Below are positions 40,070-51,421 of a stretch of DNA of 64,000 nt, piece after piece. Source of the DNA: Macrostomum hystrix (lineage: Eukaryota; Animalia; Platyhelminthes); NCBI GenBank assembly GCA_950097015.1, contig CATNEN010000032.1, positions 1,488,001 through 1,552,000 of the forward strand, in the 5' to 3' direction. How positions within the stretch are numbered: the first letter of the stretch is position 1; every line of letters starts with the position of its first letter. The position numbers were made by a program, and so were the translations under genes. The notes under the pieces were generated by a model. It saw only the letters and a program-made list of their open reading frames with translations, had not been told where the DNA came from and ran no database searches.

Positions 40070-43000
40070 TCAGAATGTCGGCAACTCCTGTAGTGAGGTG
40101 GCCGTGACTTCCACGGGGCCGGCGTCGAGCATCAGAGCTGAGGATTCGAAAGGAAAATCATTCGTAGAAATGTTTCTGAAGAAAACTTTTTGACTTTTTT
40201 TAGCAGTCTGAAAAAATCGAGTCACCGTGGAGGCAAGGACTATTAATTTACTCATTAACAGGTATGATTTGCATGGCTGGCTGAGCTCCTAAAGACGCTT
40301 TGTATTTCGCATTTCGAGCACAAACAAAAGACAAAGATCCCAACCTGTTTATTGATTCTTGTGCAAACTGGGAAGAATGAAAGGGATGGTTGAATTGTTG
40401 CGTTTCAACTATTAATTATTGGAGTGCAATTCCATGATCGTGGGAATCTCGCACCAATGTACACCGCCTGTCGACGAGAAAATGTGGGCAGATGTACACA
40501 CCTGTGTGAGTGTGAGTCTAGTATCTGTGCAGGAGTCAGCGGAATGGGCAGAATTGCCTCCTCGCTGGCTGCGAGTCCAGTGTCACCAAATGATGTGCCA
40601 TTGCCTGTAGCCCTCCTGCAATTATTATTATTATTACTATCATTCCATCGCCTTTCATTTGATTCCCATGCCGGGGGCAAGCGCGTTCGATACCCTCAAA
40701 CTCCAGACCTATCGAAAAGACAAGAAAAACAATTGCTTTGCAAGCCAACCTGCGCAGCCGAGACTCCGGCTGACATTGTGCATGAGGGCATAGCGCTCCA
40801 TGTGCCGACTGATGGAGATGCCGGACCGGTGCAGGCCGCCCCGAGCCAGCCGGTCCATCAGGCAGTGGTCTCGACGGTAGGCCGAGACAGCAACCGGTTG
40901 AGCATCGATTGAATTCTCGCCAGTCGCAGGCGTTGATCTGTGCCGGCCCGCTAATCTGGCCCATTCGCTGCTGGTCACGTGACTTGGCCGGCCCACGTGC
41001 CTGATCCACGGCTCGGAGCGGGACCGGACTAGATCGCCGGAGGGCGGCGGCGGCGGCGGCGGTGGTGCGGGTCGAACCGAAGTGTCCGCATTGTACTTGC
41101 TGTCGATGGCTAGAAGCAGGGCTGCCCGACCCAGCCGCGGGTCGATCTGTTCAACCGCATGATCTGCCGGCTGATAAGAGGCGAATAGTACATTGTCGTT
41201 GCCAGAGATAAACTCCCTGGTGGTGATGGCAGGGGTGGATAGTGGGATAATTCTCCCATTTGTTCGCGAAAATCACACAATAAAAGGAAAATAGTTGCAG
41301 GAGGGCTGCGGCGATGGCACATCATTTGGTGACACTGGACTCGCAGCCAGCGAGGAGGCAATTCTGCCCATTCCGCTGACTCCTGAGCAGACAAACACAC
41401 AGATACTGTACGCAGGCACACGCTCACACAGGTGTGTACATCTGCCCTGACTTTCTCATTGTCAGGCAGTGTACACTAAGGCGTAAATGGCACGACAAGC
41501 CCCCAATGTGGCCTCGCCGCGGAATCGAGCTCAGGGACCTTGGTGCGAGAGGCAAACGCGTTAACCGCTCCGCCACTCACCCTCGAGATTAACGCTTTGA
41601 AGCGGCCAAACATTGGTTAAATGAAACGAAATAAAATTAAAAGAATCTGAAACAGTTAGAGTTGAAATAAGGAAAGAAAATTGCCCAGGGATGAAGTGAA
41701 GAATCTGACCGGAACGGGGTGAGCTGTGCTTGCTAGTTTCAAGCGTTACTATTCTCCATCTTTAATAATAGGATCCGGGTCTAAGCTTGCCTTCTGTGAA
41801 GGCAGACTGATTGATGATAATTGTGGGTTCCATCTTAGATCATCATAGATCACCTAAGATCTCAAACCTTCTTGCGAAGCAGTTCTCGTGGAAATTATCC
41901 TGAAATTGAGGATCACAGGTGATCACTACAGGTGAGACTGAAGACTGTGAAGGTGAGACTGAAGTCTGAAAGGGTGTCGCTGAATACTATACGACTGAGG
42001 GGTGATCTAGCAACCCATTGTGTATGGTCTAGCAATCCATTGTGTATGGTCTAGCAATCCATTCTGTATGGTCTAGCAATCCATTCTGTATCGTCTAGCA
42101 ATCCATTGTGCATGGTCTAGCAGTCCATTGTGCATGGTCTAGCAGTCCATTGTGCATGGTCTAGCAATCCACTCTACTCCTTCACCAATTGGCCAGATAT
42201 GCTCACTTGAAGCCCTGTGGAATCGGCGGCAGGCGGTCAGTCCGGCTGCTGTCCGCGGCTGCGCCTAAGGTGGCTCGTCGCGCCCGCGCCTCCAGGACCG
42301 CCGGGTCCGCCTTGGCGATGCGGGGCAGGCTGCGCAGCATCTTGCGTATTCGGTGATCGTCCAGAAGCCTTTGATGGAAGTTGGGTTGTTGAAGGGATTA
42401 ATAATTAGTTGTCAACTAGGGGGAGTTTTCTCCCTGCTTACTCGTAGAAGTCCACCGTGCCTGTTTGCTGTCTGACCCTCTGCAGTTCAGAAATTCGTTG
42501 AGCCCTCCCGATTGTGACCATGTAGGACTGAAATACGAGGACAAATAAACAGAATCTTGTCAATGTGGCACTCTACTTTCAGTAATCAAAAAAATTTAAC
42601 GTCCCAAAAAAACGCACGGATCAATGAGCTATTTTTGTATAACAATTACTGTATCATGTTATTAACGGATCAAGTCGTTAACTTTTCATATAAGTCACGG
42701 ATCAAAGATCTTACAATTTTTATATATAACGAATCAATGAATTAACGTATCATAAATTTAACGTATCATATAATTAACGGATCAAAGAGTTTAAAGTCAG
42801 AATCAGTAACGAGTCAGACGGTTAACTTTTCGAATAATTAACGAATCTAAAATAAACGATTTACAAATAACTGATCATAAAAGAAAGGCTCATACACACA
42901 CCGCGTCATTGGTGTATCCTGCACTGACAGGAGTGACTCTGCCGCTCGGACCCAGGCTGGCAGCAGCAGCAGCAGCAGCAGCAGCAACTGTGACAACATG

Positions 43001-46000
43001 GTCGACATCCTCTTCGAACTTGCTGAGGTTGAGTGAGGCTGCAGCGGCTGCGATGTCCCTTAAACTTCGCCGTTCCTCGCTCAGAGCATCCAGATGCTGC
43101 TGCTGCCGTTGCTGACTAGCACCTGGCCAATCAGCTGCTGCGGCAGCTTCCGTCGCTTCTCTTGTTGGGGCCTGCAGGCTGCTGTAACCCGATTCGGCCA
43201 TGTCCCCGACTGTCATCGTCGTCTTGACCTCAGGGGCATCCAGGTCCGTCAGCAGGCGCCGGAGATCCTCGGCCTTGGCCAGGCTCAGCCGTCTAGATGC
43301 TTCGGTGACGTCTGCCTCAACCATAGCAGCTGCGGTGAGCTGGGTGCGAACCTCCTCCAGCACTGACTGATGCAGGTGAGGCCCCAGCTGCAGCTGCCTG
43401 AGCAAGCAGTATTCACAGGCTTGACGTGCATTTTATCCATCCGTCCGTGGGATAGATTAGCAATCCATTCTATTGCGTCATTGGTTGGGGATAGTTTAGC
43501 AATCTATTCTATTGCGCCATTGGTTGGGGATAGTTTAGCAATCTATTCTATTGCATCATTGGTTGGGGATAGATTAGCAATCCATTCTATTGCGTCATTG
43601 GTTGGGGATAGTTTAGCAATCTATTCTATTGCATCATTGGTTGGGGATAGATTAGCAATCCATTATATTCCTTCATTGTTGGGGATAGATTAGCAATCCA
43701 TTCTATTCCTTCATTGTTGGGGATAGATTAGCAATCCATTCTATTGCGTCATTGGTTGGGGATAGTTTAGCAATCCATTCTATTCCTTCATTGTTGGGGA
43801 TAGATTAGCAATCCATTATATTCCTTCATTGGTTGTGATAGATTAGCAATCTATTTTCAGCGAGCAATTTAAGCCAAATCTCCCCTGCTCAGCCGTGAGA
43901 ATCTCACAGTTTCACATCCCGGATGCGGTTGCACATGGCTCCGTGATCCTCGCTGCTGTCTGTTTCCCGCATCAGCCGCAGCAGGCCGCGGGTCACCGGC
44001 TCCTTCACAGCCGGCGTCGCCTCCAGCCTGTACCACCGCTCAGACAGAATCTGGCGAAGCAGGCCAGCGGGCGAGTCAGCCCTTCTGACGACTTTGACTG
44101 CCCTCCCGGCTGCCGTCTTGGTCTCGAAGGCCACCGCCATCGCAGCCACCGCCGATGCCGGCTGAAGCTCGTCCAGGCCATCCTCGTCGCCGTTGTCCTC
44201 CCGGCCGGAGTCGTCCGTGACGGTTCGCGAGCGACCTCGGCCGCGCCTCAACGGAGCGAACCGCCGGCTGCTTCGCTTCTTGGTCGACTTCTTCGACATC
44301 GTCGCCGCCTGGGCTTCGCCGTGAAAGCTGACCGACTTGCCGGTCGCTTTGGCCATCACAGTCTGCGAGTCGTCGTCGAAGTCAAACTCGGTACTCGGGT
44401 GGCCGCCTTTGTTGAAGTCCCGCGATTTCGCAGCCCTTGCGTCCGTTTTTCCTCGCCTTCTTCGACCCATCAGCAGGCGAGTTGGCGGCTGCTGCGGCTG
44501 CTGCTGAATGTCCCGCAGCCGCTCTGTTTCAAATCTGAGGCCAAGCTTGACAGCCTCAGCGATCGACGCTTCATCAAACTCGAAGGCGAAATTCGCTCTG
44601 TGGGCTGCCTGCTGTGTGTCAGGAATGTGGCAAGGCCTGTTTGTTTGTCTTCCCATCCTTAATAGATAAAGGGGTAGAATGGATTGCTAATCTATCCCTA
44701 ATAGATGAAGTGGTAGAATGGATTGCTAATCTATTCCTAATGGATGATGGAGTAGAATGGATTGCTAATCTATCCCTAATAGATGAAGTGGCAGAATGGA
44801 TTGCTAATCTATTCCTTATGGATGAAGGAGTTGAATGGATTGCTAATTTATCCCCACCAATGAAGGAATAGAATGGATTGCTAATCTATCCCAACCAATG
44901 AAGGAATAGAATGGATTGCTAATCTATTTCTAACGAATAAAGAAACATAATTCTATCGCCAAGGTACAGAGCTAGCTAGCGAACGTGGCCTTGTAATGGC
45001 AACTGAATTAGGTGTTGAATAAGGAGGCCAAAAAGCCAGTGAACTCACTGTATGCGAACCATCGCCAGTTGCCTCAGTGTCAAACTGCTGAAACGCTCGC
45101 CTGACAATTGAGTTCGGTATGTAACCTAAAATGGAAGATTTACTAATTGTTTTTTTGCTTCTGTTTCCATCAACGGCTTTCCATTTGTCTCACCATCTGG
45201 CGCCACGCGCAGGCGATCTCTTTCTAGGTGGAATCGAACTCCGGACCCAGCCTGACCATCGCCCGATTCCATGTTTAAGCAGTCTTGTATGTTATTTTGT
45301 CTCGTCTGTTTTGTCTAAAAGGTTTTGATCTCGATTAGCTCCTGAGCTTGAAATTCTAAATCCCAAATCCTTTTTTCAGCAAAGTTTACGCGGTGAATAT
45401 TTAAATAATTAATTGAAATGTTTCCGCTTTGAATGAGTTACCAATTTCACTGCTAATGGACTGTGGCCTGCATCTTTAATCTGATTGGGACACTGATAGG
45501 CCGGTTGTCATGACAACGGGTACTTATTTATTTTTCTGAGACCATCGCGTTGAGACTAATAGGGCTGAAATTTTGCCTCCTTCAACCTAAAGAATGGGAG
45601 GTGTTCAACCTGAAGAATGGGAGGTGTTCAACCTGAAGAATGGGAGGTGTTCAACCTGAAGAATGGCAGGTGTTCAACCTGAAGAATGGGAGGTGTTCAA
45701 CCTGAAGAATGGGAGGTGTTCAACCTGAAGAATGGGAGGTGTTCAACCTGAAGAATGGGAGGTGTTCAACCTGAGGACTGGGAGGTGTTCAACCTGAGGA
45801 CTGGGAGGTGTTCAACCTGAAGAATGGGTGGCCTGTTTTACCTAAGAATCAAAATTGTAACGCAAAAGTTCAGTTCCAAAAGTTTGAAAGGCACAATTTT
45901 GTTACGTTTATTATAATTCAGAGTAGGTAAGAAGTCAGTTATCGAGCAATTCACCCAGTCAAAACTATCAGCAATCAAGGCTATATTTTTTTGTTAGTGC

Positions 46001-49000
46001 TTAGCAGGGTAGAAAATAAAGTAAAAAAGTTTGTTGCTAAACTTTGCAAAGGAAGTACTGAAAGTAGTATGATACAGAACAACAACATTATGAATGAGGG
46101 TGTTGGATAATTCAGATGAAGTACGGATGGCAACGGATGGCGTTGGCAAAAATAGAAAGAAAAAAAACTATTTATTACTGCTATGAATGAATAATTACGA
46201 ATCAAATTAGTTAATTTATGAAATATTTCTGTTTAGCAGTTTTTTCATGACTTATTGACTGACTATTTGTCTGTTTATTTACAGGAAAATACAGGGACTA
46301 CTGAAAGAAAAAGCTTTGGATATTTTGACAATTTAGGATCAGCTGACAATGAGCATTCGGGATCTGCTGACAATGAGCGCATTCGGGGTCTGCTGACAAT
46401 GAGCATTCGGGATCAGCTGACAATGAGCATTCGGGATCAGCTGACAATGAGCATTCGGGATCAGCTGACAATGAGCATTCGGGATCAGCTGACAATGAGC
46501 ATTCGGGATCAGCTGACAATGAGCATTCGGGATCTACTGACAATGAGCATTCGGGATCGCCATCACTGAGCAGACACGGAGGCAAAGTGCGCCCCAACAT
46601 TGCCACGGTTGCCACTAATCTCCAGCAGCGGCAGAAGGCACCTCCGCCATCGCTCCTTCACCAGATTGCACGGCGCCTCCAGAATGATGCGTCGCCGAAG
46701 TCGGCGCTGACCATGCCGGTCGTCGATTTCGTCGGATCGAAACGTCAGCCGCATCAGCCTGCTGTTGTGCGGGAAGTGGAATTCGGCCGCTACACAGTCG
46801 GCCAGGCGAAATACCCCGACGTCGCCATCGATGTTGTCGTCGCCGCCGCATTCGCTGCGAACATCATCGTGACCTTCCACCGAGTCTAGCCGGGCCAGCA
46901 TCAGCAGCCTCGGCAGCAGCAGCGCCTGGGCTCGACAACCACCTGGCTGCTTTCTGTGCCACTGGAGTCGGCCAGACAGCACTGGACGACCCGCGTCAAG
47001 ACTGTCCCGCTCGCGGGCTGGCATCTCTGAATCTCCAGTCGCCGTGGATACCGGCGCCCCGGCTGCCACCGCCGTTGATGACACGCCGGAGCTGCTGGAC
47101 TCGCCGCCGGGACTCGCCCTCGGCTGGCCGCGCGGCGAAGGGTCGGCCGACTCGCTCGGCTCCGGGGAGGTCGCCTGCTGGCAGGCTCCCGTAGCTTGGA
47201 GGAAGCTCTGCTGACGAAGCCAGTTCCTCTGCGGCATGCTAGCTTCCTGAATTCGAATTGGTTGAGGCCGTTGTGTGGCGGCCGATCTGCTTGGCTGGCT
47301 GGGTTCCTGATTCCTGATTGGCTGGAATCCTTGCTCGGCTTTTAAGCCCGACTGGTTGCTCTGCTGGCGCCTCATTGGTTGCAACAGACGACGCTCCGTT
47401 GCTCTAATTGGTTGCAGGTATTCCTGGCTACTTCTAATTGGCTGGAAAGTTTGCTCCTCTGCACTTATTTGCTGGAATACTTGCAATTCTCTTCTGATTG
47501 GCTGGAATAATTGTTCATCAGTTCTCATTGGCTGGTAGAATTCCTGTACGCTGATAGGTTCCAAGCCCTGCTGCCGAAAGCTCTCTTGCCTTTTGACTGG
47601 CTGGAACCCCTGCTGCAGCCCTGATTCCATTGGCTGGCCGACTGAGCGCTCCGCTACATTTGGTGGATACATTCTCGCCTGCAGCGGATCCATCGCTCTG
47701 ATTGGCTGGCTCGGCAACGGCCTGAACGGATAATACATGGATTGGTGCCCTTGCCTAGCTCTTCTATCTGTTGCTCGATAAAGGCTGCTCAACTCCAGGC
47801 TGCTGGACTCATCGCTGGCTTCGACATCCGCGAACTCGCCTCCATCAGCTCGGGGCTCCGTTGAATTGCTCTCGCTGACGCTGGTGCTGGAGAGCCAGCG
47901 CTGAATCCGCAGCTCCAATAGGTTGCCACCTCCCCTGCGTGATGCAATGTAAATATTGACAAGTCAGTGCCGGAATCCTGATCACAATCACCCCACCACC
48001 CAAGCAATCAACCCACCACCCCAGCAATCAACTCACCACCCCAGCAATCAACTCACCACCCCAGCAATCAACTCACCACCCCAGCAATCAACCCACCACC
48101 CCAGCAATCAACTCACCACCCCAGCAATCAACCCACCACCCCAGCAATCAACTCACCACCCCAGCAATCAACTCACCACCCCAGCAATCAACCCACCACC
48201 CCAGCAATCACCCCACCACCCCAGTAATCAACCCACCACCCCAGCAATCAACCCACCACCCCAGCAATCAACCCACCACCCCAGAAATCAACCCACCACC
48301 CCAGCAATCAACCCACCACCCCAGCAATCAACCCACCACCCCAGCCGTCAACCAACAACTCCAGCCGTCAACCAACAACTCCAGCAATCAACCAACAACT
48401 CCAGCAATCAACCAACAACTCCAGCAATCAACCAACAACTCCAGCAATCAACTCACCACCCCAGCAATCAACCCACCACCCCAGCAATCAACCCACCACC
48501 CCAGCCGTCAACCAACAACTCCAGCAATCAACCAACAACTCCAGCAATCAACCAACAACTCCAGCAATCAACCAACAACTCCAGCAATCAACCAACAACT
48601 CCAGCAATCAACCAACAACTCCAGCAATCAACCAACAACTCCAGCAATCAACTCACCACCCCAGCAATCAACCCACCACCCCAGCAATCAACCCACCACC
48701 CCAGCCGTCAACCAACAACTCCAGCAATCAACCAACAACTCCAGCAATCAACCAACAACTCCAGCAATCAACCAACAACTCCAGCAATCAACCAACAACT
48801 CCAGCAATTAACCAACAACTCCAGCAATCAACCCACCACCCCAGCAATCAACCAACAACTCCAGCAATCAACCCACCACCCCAGCAATCAACCCACCACC
48901 CCAGCAATCAACCAACAACTCCAGCAATCAACCCACAACCCCAGCAATCAACCCACCATTTTAAAAATCGACCCACCCCTCAGCAGCCAGGCAGACTCAC

Positions 49001-50006
49001 CTGATCTTTCGCACCAGGGACTCGCAGCCAGAGTTCAGGACAATGTGGCCACGAGCGCCAACAATGGCGTCGCCAACACAGAGGCCGGCAGCCTCAGCTG
49101 CCGACTGAGGCTCAATGCGGCCAACCCGGACAGGCTGGGAGCCAATCAGACTGAAGCCGAAGCTGGGTCCGCGGCGCGTCAGGACCACCTGGTAGAAGTT
49201 GTACAATCGAATTCAACCGTTGAACAATCAGCAAAATGTTTTACTGATTACAGAAATCTAATCTGGCAGAAATTGAATTCTAGACAATAATAATAATAAT
49301 AATACTAATAATTGACACTTGCTCCAATTGGGACAGATGTGCAGCCGACAGCACAGCCGCAGATTTTGTGCGACGCAAGGCTGCGTACAGCTGTTCAGTC
49401 CATGGACTGGGGGGGACGCCACACCCACCCTAAATTACCCCAGTTGATGCTGGTAGCCTGGTACCCATTTAACAGCTGGGTGAACTGAAGCAATGCAGAG
49501 TTGAGTGTCTTGCTAAAGGGCACAGATTGTTCCAGCGGAGTCGGGAATCGAACCCCCGACCTTCAAGTCATAAGTCCGGCGCTCTAACCACTAGGCCAAA
49601 ATTGTATTCTTACAGAAATCAGTACCAGGAGTGATCACGCTACTCACGGTTCTCTGTTCGGTCCTGCCATTGTTGTTATTATTGTTATTGTTGTTATTGT
49701 TGTTATTGTTGTTATTGTTGTTATTGTTGTTATTAGCAACCGTCATCTGGGCCTGCGCCGGATGGGGCTGCCAGCTGTTAGGCCTGTAGCTCCAACTGTC
49801 CTGACGAAGTAGATCCCTGTGGGCAGGCAGCTATTATTTTGCTGTTTCGTCTAAGAATTCAGCAGAAAGTTCTAGGCGGTGTTCTCACCCATTATCGCCG
49901 CCTCTCATTGTCGCAGCCCAGGCAGATGAGTTCAACGTGGAGTCACCACCGAGAAGGCAGCTCAGCGGTCGGCGTAAAAGCCGCCGAAGACAGCTGCCAC
50001 CGCCGA

Positions 50007-50044
<38 letters not shown>

Positions 50045-50088
50045 GCGTCCTGGCCGACTAGCCGACCGTCCTGACGCGACTGCAACAT
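40070..50088 (-). CDS. Large multi-exon PDZ-domain protein with probable PH-like domain
   Basis: Phase-consistent 5' exons 49889..50088, 49741..49816, 49001..49188 and one starting at 47934 give PDZ VVLTRRGPSFGFSLIGSQPVRVGRIEPQSAAEAAGLCVGDAIV...IRGGGNLLELRIQR. PH-like end IILEAPCNLVKERWRRCLL near 46650. Further exons at ~43900-44615, ~42900-43390, ~42205-42370, 40750..41170 and 40070..40137; the boundaries between 41170 and 46570 are not fully resolved. Confidence 0.7.
40440..40640 (+). mobile_element. 5'-truncated SINE family A copy
   Basis: Reverse complement of the body at 41318-41460, followed by an (ATT)n tail. Confidence 0.8.
41290..41580 (-). mobile_element. Near full-length tRNA-derived SINE (family A)
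   Basis: Minus strand GTGGCGGAGCGGTT (A box) ... GAGCTCGATTCC (B box), followed by the body shared with three other copies in the window. Confidence 0.85.
42010..42170. repeat. 22-bp minisatellite (ggtctagcaatccattgtgtat)
   Basis: ~7 copies; shares the tagcaatccatt core with 18140, 43445 and 44660. Confidence 0.9.
43445..43855. repeat. ~39-bp intronic minisatellite, GATAGATTAGCAATCCATTCTATT core
   Basis: ~10 copies filling the intron. Confidence 0.93.
44660..44930. repeat. ~39-bp minisatellite, same core in opposite orientation (tagaatggattgctaatctatc)
   Basis: ~7 copies. Confidence 0.93.
45585..45825. repeat. 23-bp minisatellite (ggaggtgttcaacctgaagaatg)
   Basis: ~10 copies. Confidence 0.93.
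46335..46557. repeat. 24-bp minisatellite (gggatcagctgacaatgagcattc) abutting the end of the large exon
   Basis: ~9 copies. Confidence 0.93.
47990..48955. repeat. 20-bp minisatellite (ccagcaatcaacccaccacc / ccagcaatcaaccaacaact) filling the intron inside the PDZ domain
   Basis: Exact 20-nt period, ~48 copies, two variant types. Confidence 0.96.
49288..49597 (-). mobile_element. tRNA-derived SINE (family B) with Deu/Nin-like central domain
   Basis: Minus strand GGCCTAGTGGTTAG...GGTTCGATTCC, then tgtgccctttagcaagacactcaactctgcattgcttcagttcacccagctgttaaatgggtacc, which from memory resembles the conserved Deu/Nin-type SINE core; (ATT)n tail. Confidence 0.75.
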
Positions 50089-50689
50089 CGTCTGTTTAAG
50101 CTGTCAGAAAACAGCCGCAAGTTTTCTGTTTTGCTTTTTCTATGAGTTTTTATTCAACTGGAGGGATTGGCTGTTTGCGGATTATTGATTAAGGTAGCAT
50201 ATCAGCTGAACCGGATTAGGCTTATTGGAAACTTGTCGATTTCCTTATCAGCTTGTGCTGGCTGGGGCATCTGGTCTTTGTCTCGCGGTCCAGTTCATAT
50301 TTTTATTCAAAGCTGCGTGCGTCACCCGCCTCTGCAGACGGGCCCACAATCCCCACCTCCAAGCGCATTGGTTAGCGGCAAAACTTCCCCATAAGGGTCA
50401 CCGAGAATTCCCCTTTGTTTGAATTATTCTGCGCTGGGAACTGTATGGGTGTGTTGGGATTAAAACTAGCTACCCCCCCTAGCCATAAACTGCGCTCACA
50501 ATGGGAAATGGGAAACGACTGAGGGGGGTGAGGGGGCCGCGCCGCCCTGAACAAAGACTCTGACGGAGCCCGCTCGCGTGGACACGGGAACTTCAGGCCG
50601 CACGGCCAACCCCCGCCAAAGCTGACATGCCTGCATTTATGTGAATTGACGTCACTTTAATAATCCTCAACTGCCTCACTATAGAAATA

Positions 50690-50691
50690 AG

Positions 50692-50762
<71 letters not shown>

Positions 50763-50765
50763 TGT
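50690..50765. repeat. (CTG)n microsatellite
   Basis: Directly visible. Confidence 0.95.
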
Positions 50766-50914
50766 CAGCCTTTCAGCAGTTGCATTTGGTATTTTTTTTA
50801 ATTTACCACCATGCGATCGAGCTTAGAAACAAAAATAACAACGATATGACTACTACTCGTAGGTCATGAAGCTCATATTAATGAAAATATTTTTTTTATT
50901 ACATTTACAAGAGG

Positions 50915-51200
50915 GTACTGGCACATCATTTGGTGACACTAGACCCGCAGCCAGCGAGGAGGCAATTCTGCCCATTCCGCTGACTCCTGAGCAGACAAAC
51001 ACACAGGCACACACTCACACAGGCGTGTACCGACTTTCTTATTGTCAAGCAGTGTGCACTCTCACTGTGCCATGGATGTTGGCCAATATTGCACTATTGC
51101 ACGACAGCCCAAAACCTTCTCTTGACAATGAATGTGCATCTATATTCAAATGGCTGTGTACCACTGTTCAGTCCATGGACTGGGGGCGCACACCCAAAAT
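50915..51200 (-). mobile_element. SINE family A body, adjacent to a short segment shared with family B
   Basis: 50918-51050 matches 41318-41465; 51163-51195 (ctgttcagtccatggactggggg) matches 49392-49415. Confidence 0.7.
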
Positions 51201-51421
51201 TTGTTTCTGACAGCAAAGGCTTTCAGCAATTTTACACTGAATAAAATGAGGAAATTATGTCCTTTTAGAAAATTATATACCAAAATTGATTTAAAAGAAA
51301 CTTGGCATTCAACCTTGGAGTCATTTTTATTTCATTCGTTTCTTTAAAATTTGAGCAAAAATCTTCACAGGAAAATAATATCAGTTGTGTGTCGTGTCGT
51401 AGCAGCTGATTGAATAATATA

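Noticed and set aside
45225-45270. B-box-like fragment (ggaatcgaactccggacc) as a tRNA or SINE
   Set aside because: Too short; no body or second copy to support it.
47956-49290. 444-aa Q/P/T/N-rich plus-strand ORF
   Set aside because: Antisense to the PDZ gene; corresponds to an intronic 20-bp array that lacks stops by composition.
49535-49597. Functional tRNA gene
   Set aside because: Has A and B boxes but poor acceptor and anticodon stem pairing, and continues into a SINE body and (ATT)n tail.
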